Shown here: one piece after another, positions 1 through 8,427 of the stretch
Layout of the letters: the number at the start of each line of letters is the position of its first letter
Numbering within the stretch: position 1 is the first letter of the stretch
Notes under the pieces: generated by a model
Seen by the model: only the letters and a program-made list of their open reading frames with translations
The model's database searches: none
What the model was told of the DNA's origin: nothing
DNA from: Psammoneis japonica
Lineage: Eukaryota
Reading direction: 5' to 3'
Assembly (NCBI GenBank): GCA_008632985.1
Contig: QPGO01000112.1
Span: 124,001 to 188,000 of the forward strand
DNA length: 64,000 bases
Position numbers and translations under genes: made by a program

Positions 1-1
1 C

Positions 2-250
2 AAGTCGTTCAAGGACAAGAAGAAGATCAAGGCAAGCCAACACACGGACAACAACTGCGAGTTCTACAACGACGGGTGCTTGGCAGTCACGAAGCGAATC
101 ATGCCCAGGGAGGAATTTCTCTGCAGATGCAACTTGGACGAATCGGAGAAGAAGAAGAAGAAGAGGAAGGTGACGTCGGGTGCCATGAATCGGAAGAAGA
201 AATCGCGTCTGCTCCCCAAGTCGGGGGGGAGAAGCTCTGCATCTGGCTGA
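2..250 (+). CDS. 3' end of a putative SET-domain lysine methyltransferase (5'-truncated by window edge; TA-mutated)
   Basis: Frame 2 reads KSFKDKKKIKASQHTDNNCEFYNDGCLAVTKRIMPREEFLCRCNLDE...*. This resembles the SET C-terminal pattern NC...l.a.r.I.pgEEl..dY if the final Tyr has become Cys (TAC->TGC). A Lys-rich tail follows. Not in the ORF track because it has no start codon. Confidence 0.5.
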   Translation, partial: KSFKDKKKIKASQHTDNNCEFYNDGCLAVTKRIMPREEFLCRCNLDESEKKKKKRKVTSGAMNRKKKSRLLPKSGGRSSASG

Positions 251-379
251 ACGTTTGCCGTGTAGTGTGCTCTGTAAATTAGCAGCACAGTGTGTTGGTG
301 TTTTTCAGCAAAACTGTGGCATTGGTTGGAAAGGCGTAGCCCCAGTTGTGGTTCGAAAAATGGGAACGAGGAAGAACAG

Positions 380-503
380 AAAGTCGGCAAATTTGCGCAA
401 ATCTGGCAAATTGGCAGGTGCCTGCACAGTCGCCTGAGTGCAGAAAGTCAGCAAATTTATGCAAATTTAGCAAGTTATTTTGCACTGTCACAGTCGCCTG
501 AGA
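380..503. repeat. Two-copy ~64 bp tandem repeat
   Basis: aaagtcggcaaatttgcgcaaatctggcaa...cacagtcgcctgag at 380 and aaagtcagcaaatttatgcaaatttagcaa...cacagtcgcctgag at 444. Confidence 0.75.
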
Positions 504-1624
504 ATGGTCTCTTCCTCTAGAGAAAGGGGGATTGAATTGTTGCTCTTGCCCACTGCAGCACTCTTCAGGCAGAGAGACACGCAGAAGAACTCGTCATTTG
601 AGTTTGTCCTGCTGGAGATGCAGTGGCACTTGGTGGGGTTAAAAATGATGACATCACCAAGCCGGAGTGCAACGGAGATGCCTTCGGCAGGGAAGCAGAA
701 GTGCGCCACAATCCCGTCATTCATGGTGTGGCTGCCGGACGGAGGGACTCCCACCACAGTGACCACTGACAGGAAGAAGTCCTGGTCCCGATGGGCGTTG
801 AGGAAGACATTGCGCCCAGCCGCCAGAGAGGAGAAAATGCCATCTGACCGCACCAGGGATTTCCAGTTGTGAAACTTTTTGACACGAGCAATGCCCTTGA
901 GGATGGCATGGTCCACGCACTCATTGACAAGGTGCTCCATGCGTGAAAGAAGTCTGGTGAGGTGGTGAGTGTGTTGGTCGGCTGTGCCAGGCTGCTTGCA
1001 AGAAATTCGAGCGTCTCTCGTGGCAGCCAGGCCAATCATGGAATGCTTGCTCCTGTCCGTCTCCATGAAGGTAACGTGTTGTTTGCCGCGCACGGTGGAC
1101 TGGGCGGTGCAGCATTCTAGTGCTTCGAGCGCTCGGCACTGAGCAACTGGTTCTGCTGGGTTGGGGGAGCTGAACACCACAGCAGAATGCGGCAGCAGGG
1201 TGCAGGTGTTGTCGCAGCGGCAACCGTCCAAGCCAAAGAAAGGCTTCAGATTGAGCACAGGGTCACAGACGACCAGAGGAGCCAATTCGGCAAAGTCAAT
1301 GTCAGCAAGACAAGGTGGTGCAGGCTGAGTGTAGTCGCCGTTGTGAACCAGAGTGCGGTTGGCTACGCAGCGCATGGAGAGACTCTCAGTGGCGCACGGT
1401 GCGAGTGGAACAAGGCGAGCAATCTTGGATGTTTTTGCACTGGCACGGCTGCGGATTCGCCTGCGGCTGCGGTGGGCCTTGCGAAGTGGCGGTTGAGCCC
1501 TCAACACATTCTCGCATGTCCTGGTGCGCATTGACGATGCGGTGTTCGCAGAGAACGTGTGTGCAAACTTGCCGGCAAATGTTCCGCTGCTTGACACTGT
1601 CACTGTCATCTCAACAGTGCCCAA
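488..1624 (-). CDS. TET/JBP-like 2OG-Fe(II) dioxygenase (TA-mutated, transposon-associated)
   Basis: C-terminal DSBH-like motif order: FSSLAAGRNVFLNAHRD (HxD, 785-793), HFCFPAEGISVALRLGDVIIFNP, distal His in KCHCISSR. Spacing is typical of TET/JBP-type oxygenases. Start codon uncertain. Confidence 0.6.
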   Translation of the reverse strand: MGTVEMTVTVSSSGTFAGKFAHTFSANTASSMRTRTCENVLRAQPPLRKAHRSRRRIRSRASAKTSKIARLVPLAPCATESLSMRCVANRTLVHNGDYTQPAPPCLADIDFAELAPLVVCDPVLNLKPFFGLDGCRCDNTCTLLPHSAVVFSSPNPAEPVAQCRALEALECCTAQSTVRGKQHVTFMETDRSKHSMIGLAATRDARISCKQPGTADQHTHHLTRLLSRMEHLVNECVDHAILKGIARVKKFHNWKSLVRSDGIFSSLAAGRNVFLNAHRDQDFFLSVVTVVGVPPSGSHTMNDGIVAHFCFPAEGISVALRLGDVIIFNPTKCHCISSRTNSNDEFFCVSLCLKSAAVGKSNNSIPLSLEEETILRRL

Positions 1625-1783
1625 AGCAGAACTCTTTCAACAGGGACCGGCGGACTCTAGGGGAGTGGGGTCAAAACCTGATCGAGAGATGTGTCTGCTT
1701 TCCGTTGCCTCAAGAGCACCCAAAGCAAAACTCTGTTGACAGGGACCGGCAGACTCCAGGGGAGTGGGGTCGAGACCCAATCG
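1620..1783. repeat. Two ~65 bp direct repeats, 99 bp period
   Basis: cccaaagcagaactctttcaacagggaccggcggactctaggggagtggggtc at 1620 vs cccaaagcaaaactctgttgacagggaccggcagactccaggggagtggggtc at 1719. Confidence 0.85.
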
Positions 1784-2302
1784 CAAGAAGCATTTGCTTG
1801 TTGTCGGGCTGCGAGCTGCATGTCCCAAACCCCCACACTGTTGAGACCGGCTGTAACTCGATCGCGACAAGTGCTTGTCGTTGGTGGGACGACGCAGCGA
1901 GGCACGAGGCAGTTGCAACATGGTGTGTCTCAATTTGAAATGTGTTTCAAAATGTGATGACGGAAGTGTTGTCGCGTTGTTTTTGTCTCCGCGGAGGGAG
2001 GATCATCCCACGGCAATCTCAGTGCGAGTTCTCGCGTAGAAGTGCGTTGCGTGCCGTGCCAGCTCGTGCGTTTGAATTGCACGGACAAACAAGTGCGGTG
2101 ACGATGAGAAGCAGGCCGAGATTCAAAACAAATTTTATCACCCAAAGGCGTCTCATCATTTCAACGCATCTGCACATCTGTTTAAAATGACTCCATGCGT
2201 CGCTCCATGCACAGGTAGAGGCAGCACGCTGCGTTTGAAAATTTCGCGCGCACAGAGGGCGCGACGGCAATTTTACGCATTCTGCGCACGTCACAGTTTG
2301 GT

Positions 2303-3052
2303 TTGGAAACGCGACGTCTGGTCGAACCCACTGCAAGCAAGGTTGATGTTGCCACAAGGTTGGATGCGATGAACCATCGTTGCAGAAGTGTTGGGGAGTT
2401 TCATCTTCAAACGGCTCCGGACTCCACGTTCCAGAGCAGGCATGTCTCTGGAGACGGAAGCGGATCTTCGCACGGCGGCGAAGTTGGCTTCGCTTTGAGC
2501 AGCGAAGTGTTTTTGAACGAATGCCTTCTTGGCGTGAATCACACCTGCGATGCATCTGTCGACATGGGCGGGGGAGTTGCCGGACCCAGCATCGGGCTCA
2601 AGTTACTTCGTCGCCGTTGCACCATGGTGAGCATCGAGGCCGACCACGATCGTCACCAAGAGGCTGTACGTTGGGCTCATCGTGCTGGCCTTCGCTCAAA
2701 CGGCGGGTTAGAGTTGATCAACAAGTCATTCTTGGACGAGAGGCTGGCTCCTTTGTGGAAAAAGAAAGGACTCAAGGTGTTCTTCAACAACTGCAACTCC
2801 CGCATGGTCGATGACAAGAACACACAGCAGAAGGCAGAGGCGGTGCTTTCGAAGTTGTGTTGTGCTGGGACCGTGGTGGTGGTGCTAGATCCGCTGTTCG
2901 CGTCGCACGCGGGAGAGTGGATGTGCGAGTCCTTCACGGCGGATCACCATGATGGCGACTTTTTGTGGCACAGCGGAGACGTGAAACATCTCGTCTTCCA
3001 CAAGTGCACCAAGAAAGAGGAGACTTCTCAGTCAACCAGCCAGCACATGTGA
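2303..3052 (+). CDS. DOT1-like class I SAM-dependent methyltransferase (TA-mutated)
   Basis: Motifs occur in DOT1 order: SHGGE (YGE), SVDMGGGVAGP (motif I, FxDLGSGxG), VSIE (motif II), INKSFL (GDFL), VFFNNC (IFVNNF/Y), GTVVVVLDPL (GxRIVSSKPF), FLWHSG...VFHK (VSWT...YYLH). Confidence 0.55.
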   Translation: METRRLVEPTASKVDVATRLDAMNHRCRSVGEFHLQTAPDSTFQSRHVSGDGSGSSHGGEVGFALSSEVFLNECLLGVNHTCDASVDMGGGVAGPSIGLKLLRRRCTMVSIEADHDRHQEAVRWAHRAGLRSNGGLELINKSFLDERLAPLWKKKGLKVFFNNCNSRMVDDKNTQQKAEAVLSKLCCAGTVVVVLDPLFASHAGEWMCESFTADHHDGDFLWHSGDVKHLVFHKCTKKEETSQSTSQHM

Positions 3053-3325
3053 CGTCCCAGTCCGACACACTTGGAACGGAAGTGTTTGCCCGTCGCGAAA
3101 CAGCCAATTTTACTTGAGAACTCAACTGAACTGTTTTTTTGCTGTCACTGCACTGGACGTCACACGCCAGTTGCTCCACTCAATTCGCCATTGCTTCGCG
3201 GTGATGACAAGTTGTCATCGGAGATGGCACATGCTTGAAGAGACAGAGGAAAGCTGAGTTGCAATCGACACTCAGTTTGCCAAACATTTACAAATTTACA
3301 CTGCACCGGCAAAAAAAAAAACAAC

Positions 3326-4198
3326 TCAGTCTTCGTCGCTGTCCTGAAGCACCAAGTCGTCATCGACGTTCAGGTCAACTTCGCAGTTGAGCTCGACATC
3401 ATCGTCGGCCTCTTCTCCAGCTTCTTCTGCCGGAGCTCCAATGAGACGACAGAGTTCCACAGGCAACGACCCCTCGTAGAAGCAACTGTGAAGTAAGTTC
3501 TTGTTTTGGGCGCACCAACCGATGTGAAACTGACCACCTTCCTTCTGAAGCTCGGCAAGCGCCGCCTCGTTGCCGATCACTTCGGACCAAACAGCATCCT
3601 TCATCCAGAAGAAGTTGTCTTCAACGAAGACCTCGGCGTTGTTCTCAGGGTCATCGTTGAGCTGCTTTGCAGTGCACTTCCCGAGGCCGGGCACTTTGGC
3701 ATTGGTTGGGACTTCTTCAAGGAAGATGAAGAAGAGACACACGGCGCAGTTCTTGGCGTTCGTCTGCAACTCGCCTTTGTGAACCCACCTGCCAGCGCAA
3801 GGGTGGAATCCGACTTGAACCGCCCACGGAGTCCTGCTGCGAAGGTTGTCAAACAGAACCTTCTCCGACCAAACATTGGTCAAAAGGGGATTCTTGGCTT
3901 GGAGACGAAAAACGATGCCTTTCTTGCGGCCGACAGTGACGGTGGCGCAGCGCAGGAGGGCGTCCTCATCGGAATGGCTGCCATCGTCAGAACCAGCGGA
4001 TTTGGAAAGCTTGAGCCCGTGCTTGGCAAGGCAGTCTTCCGGTCTAAGGTCGTCGTCGGTCAAGCCGTTGGTCTTGCGGGGCGGACTTGGTTTCTTCAAC
4101 AGAGCATCAGAAAACTTCATCTTTGCCTTCTTCTGTTTGGTTTCGGCGACTTTGGCTTTCGCAGCCGGGGAGGTCGTTGTGTTTCTTTTGTGTGCCAT
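3326..4198 (-). CDS. Unknown protein, Lys-rich N-terminus and acidic C-terminus (probable element cargo)
   Basis: About 290 codons from ATG 4198 (MAHKRNTTTSPAAKAK...) with a globular-looking core and a D/E-rich tail. No family recognised. Confidence 0.45.
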   Translation of the reverse strand: MAHKRNTTTSPAAKAKVAETKQKKAKMKFSDALLKKPSPPRKTNGLTDDDLRPEDCLAKHGLKLSKSAGSDDGSHSDEDALLRCATVTVGRKKGIVFRLQAKNPLLTNVWSEKVLFDNLRSRTPWAVQVGFHPCAGRWVHKGELQTNAKNCAVCLFFIFLEEVPTNAKVPGLGKCTAKQLNDDPENNAEVFVEDNFFWMKDAVWSEVIGNEAALAELQKEGGQFHIGWCAQNKNLLHSCFYEGSLPVELCRLIGAPAEEAGEEADDDVELNCEVDLNVDDDLVLQDSDED

Positions 4199-4743
4199 CG
4201 AATCAGTCAGAGAGAAATTGTGGGAACAAAAAGTGCGATCGTTCAGAAGTGCCAAGAAAGACCCAGCAGAGCTGCGTGCATCATGCCAAGGAGAACTGGC
4301 AATGTCAGCAACTAGATCCAAACACGTCGAACTGCAACAAGGCAACCTTCCAGGTGTCAGCACTTGCAAGTGGTGTGTGGATTCAATTTGAACAAAACAG
4401 GTGCAAGGATCGGAGCACGCAAAGTCACACCAAGTTTGCTGAAAATGCACAAAATCACGTGCAATTCCGTCCGCGCTTCGTGTGCATTTCAGCCGTTGCT
4501 GCCGCGCGGCCATCGCACACGAAATCTAGTCGCCAAACGGTCGACGCCATCGCTGTCACTGCTGCACCGGCAGTTAGCTAAGGTGGGCCCATCACCCATT
4601 TGGAGGATCCGCGCGCACTTTGGAAACACGAATGACGTCAATCGTGTTGTCATTGCCACATGACTGGCTCAACTGCCCCGCCACTCGTTAAAGCGTGATT
4701 CTGTGGAATTTGCGCAAAGCTGCGCCCACCACCAAGATTGCCG

Positions 4744-4844
4744 AAACAACTTGAACAAGATCCAAATCTCACCCCATGGAATGTTCAGAGCAGATGGTCA
4801 AAACAACTTGAACAAGATCCAAATCTCATCCCATGGGATGTTCA
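4744..4844. repeat. Tandem duplication, 57 bp period
   Basis: aaacaacttgaacaagatccaaatctca(c/t)cccatgg(a/g)atgttca at 4744 and 4801. Confidence 0.85.
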
Positions 4845-5035
4845 ACGTCGACGAAACCAAGCAGGATGTCATGCGTCTGGTGCGAAGAAGGACGTGGGAG
4901 GAACGCACACGTCACTCTTCCGTCGATGTGAAAGAGGCACACTTTCGTCTCACTTTTTTGTGACAGAACCTTTGCGCAAAGGGAGACGAAAAGCATCCAA
5001 CTGCGGTGATTGGGCCACACCGATCGTAGTTCTCA

Positions 5036-8000
5036 GTTCTCACAGTGACCTGGTGACGCAGGTTGTGAGATGACGCACAAGCTCAGCTGCGGTGACTGGA
5101 CGACACCAGCCACAGCTCTCACAGAGACCTGATCGCACAGGTTGTGAGAACACGACACAACGCTGCGGTGATCGGACAGCACCGACGCAAAACAAAACCA
5201 AAATTCTGCATTTATGGTGCTGCTGCGCTTCCACCCTGCAACTCCGGCAACAAGCCAACCCACACCCCCAGTGCACTAAAAGTGCGGCAGGAGCAAACAG
5301 TGGTCAGCCGAGATCGGCGTCACCCGAGGGTGACGCCGCGCCAAAATGACTTGCGATGGTTCTGGTGCCTCGTGCAGCCAAACGTTTGGCTTCGTGCATG
5401 CTTGATTTAAAGACTGGTTTGAACATGGCCAACCAGTTTCGAATCCGGTGAGTAGAGTGTGACAGGTGTTCTTCTACCGAATCAAGGAGGAGCGCCTTGT
5501 CTCTCGCAAGACAATCGTCTGTACGAGAACAAATGGCCTTGACCTCTGCTTCTGCGTCTCGTCTTTGAGACGACTTCCTCGTTTCCGAATCGTGTCCGTG
5601 TACAGCGTCGTTGTGAGCGTCCCAGAGGTCCCACCACTGCTCCCATGTGAAATTCCCAACAGTTGCAGCCCAATCCAGCCGTTTCTGTTGATCTGAGAGA
5701 GTCCGACAAATGCCGCTCGACGAAAGGCAAGAGGTTTGCGTCGCATTCCACTGGACAGAAAAACGGCCATTAAACAACTGACGCCAACCTGTTTCCCCTT
5801 GGGAATGAAATGCGGGCACGACGCTGTGATGAAATTGTTCCGAGCACAAAAGCTCGCCTTGAAACCATGCTTCAACAGCCAAAATTGTCAAGTCTCGTAA
5901 GGAAGGAGACGTGTGAATGTCATCGCACTTCTTGCGCAATCCTTGTAAAAATTTTCTGCGCCAGGCTTCATTGTGAGGGCAACGGAGAATGTGATCTCTA
6001 TCTTCCATGGGGTCCTGACAGTGAATGCAACAGTCCGGACGTGTCGGATTGTGTCTGTGTGCAATCTTGTTGGTGGGCAGAAGATCTTGAACCAGCTTGA
6101 CGGCACTGACTTTTCGACGAATGTTTCGTGACATCAATTTCGAATGAACGTCCCAATCAATCGATGCGTGTGCTTCGTCGGACCAACTGCATTTCTCTTT
6201 CATGTGCTGAACCAGTGCGGGACTTGACGCCTGACATCTGACAACCGGCTTGCATTTGGAAGAAACAGTGGCTCCTTGAAGAAGCAGGTTTGCTCGGCAA
6301 TGAGGCATGCGGGGAGCAGCAAGAGCATCGCCCGTAAATCGACCTTGGAATTGTCCAGCGAGTCTGTCGGCACGCATGTTCAACTTCGCCGCTTGAGAGA
6401 GAGAGTCAATGGGAAGGACATCGTCTTGGTGTCCCTTCACCCAGTGAATCTCGACTGTGGGACACAACAGTTCATCAGTGCGTGCTTCTGACAGCTGTCT
6501 TGGGGAATGGAAGACCTCATTGACAATGTCCCAATCCGGAGAGAGAGCACCAGCAATGTGAAAACGCCAGTGGAAGTCTCCTTGGATCTCCTCCTCGTCG
6601 GCAGGATGAGGAATCACCTGGAAATTCGAGATGGTGCGAATGAGAGCGGAATTGTCGCAATGCAAATCGGCGCCGCTGACCTGTGTGGAACAATGGTCTG
6701 ACAATCGGATCAGAAAACGGAGAAAAGACAGTAGACCGCATGCCTCCGCACGACAAGATGATGGGCGAAAACCGAAAACTGGACCAGCACAATCCACAAG
6801 AGGAACCCCGTCGACCGCAATCGTCCACCCGAATGCACCTTTGAAATGGAGGACCGAACCGTCGCCAGCTGCTGAAACCTTGTGGGCAACGAGGAGCTCA
6901 GCGATTTCAAACACAGACCGATGCAAGTGCAATTCTTTGAACAGAGCAGATTCCCACCGAGGAAGAGACCGCAGCACAGCCAAGAAATCATTCGGGACGG
7001 GAGGGACTGTCGGCAAGGATGCTGGAGAACCGAGTGACTTGATCCGCCACAAACCGGTTGCAGTCGCATCCACTGGCACAGGGGAAGCGGCTGGGGAAAG
7101 ATCTGGAACGTTTTCCAGAGCGGCAAGAGTCTCCGCACAACCTTGGTGCACTGGGAAAATCTCGAAACCCGAATCGCCACGAATGTGCAAGCAATCCTCG
7201 GAGGATTCGTAACACGCGACATGTGTCATGCACATTTCCGTAGCTGGTGCAACCCATTGACCTAAAGGGTGTCGTAGATCGAGCGAGTCTGGTTTGCAAA
7301 ACAAGGAACAGGCTCGACGCCACTGTTTCCATGCCCGAGCGGATGGACGTTGTTGTTCGACAGGATTCAGAGTGCTGCGACTGCTGAGAAGGAACGATCG
7401 GCCGTTCACTTTAAAGGGATCGAGCGAAAAACCATCCGGAGAGGCAACATCCGACAGAGTCAAAACATTTGGATAGAGACGACAGCAGTTGACCCACCGC
7501 ATCTCACGATCACTGAACGCCTGGGATTGAAGCACAACGTCCATGATGTGTTGGTCATTGTCTCGCTGGAGTGGAAGCACTCCAGCACAATCACAATCGA
7601 TGGTGGCATCGATCCGGGCCAAGAATGAACGTAAGGACACAAACCATTTCGATTCGGAATGAGGGAGCTTGGCATGGACGTCCTGAAGAAAACTCACACC
7701 TGTGCCAAGCTGCAACTGAATCCACGATGCAGCGATTCGCGACAACACCTGAGGTTGCCCAGAGCCCCGCCAGTGGGTGAGAAACTGTAGAACCTGCGCT
7801 GCACCCTGTTCCACGTCTAAAGAGCTGAAACCACGGACAGCACCGACGCAGTTCGTCAAGCAACTAATTCACTTGGCTGCGGTGACTGGACGACACCAGT
7901 CGCAGCTCTCACAGTGACCTGATTGCACAGGTTGTGAGCAAACAACACAGCGCTGCACCTCGCAATGTAGGTTGTGAGATGACGCACAAGCTCAGCTGCG

Positions 8001-8350
8001 GTGACTGGATGACACCAGTCGCAGCTCTCACAGAGACCTGATCGCACAGGTTGTGAGAACACGACACAACGCTGCGGTGATCGGGTGGCACCGACGCAGT
8101 TCGTCAAGCAACCAATTGACTCGGCTGTGGTGACTGGACAGCACCAGTTGCAGTGCTCACAGCGACCTGATTGCACAGGTTGTGAGAAGACGACACAGCG
8201 CTGCGGTGAACAGATGGCACCGACGCGGTTCGTTGATCAACTGGACAGAACCACTGCGGCGACTGGACGACACCAGTCGCAGTGCTGCAGGTGGTGAGAA
8301 AACACACATCGCTGTGGTGATTGGACAGCACCGATCGCAGCTTCACGGTG
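5036..8350. repeat. Degenerate ~120-130 bp minisatellite array (5036-5189 and 7834-8350) split by a LINE insertion
   Basis: Recurring gctgcggtgactggacgacaccag...ctcacag.gacctgat.gcacaggttgtgaga...gcaccgacgca. 5060-5189 is nearly identical to 7969-8098. Confidence 0.85.
5190..7833 (-). mobile_element. 5'-truncated non-LTR retrotransposon (RT C-terminal region + RNase H + Cys/His knuckle) with 17 bp TSD
   Basis: ORF 5304-7859 carries RNase H motifs (AGDGS, SSCRAEACG, HCDN, HWVKGHQD, NMRADRLA) and CIHC...EDRDHILRC. An exact direct repeat cggacagcaccgacgca lies at 5173-5189 and 7834-7850. Homologous to the element at 37-45 kb. Confidence 0.88.
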
Positions 8351-8427
8351 ATCGCACTGAAAAAACAACCATTTTTGCTGAGTGACTTCTTGAAATTTGT
8401 TGAGTTGAAGCATCAGCTTAAATTAAA

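Noticed and set aside
3506..4315. 269-aa plus-strand ORF (similarly 26169-26855, 28138-28740, 52635-53240)
   Set aside because: Antisense shadows of better-supported opposite-strand genes.
7834..8350. CRISPR-like array
   Set aside because: Units are degenerate along their whole length with no unique spacers; eukaryotic context; no cas genes.
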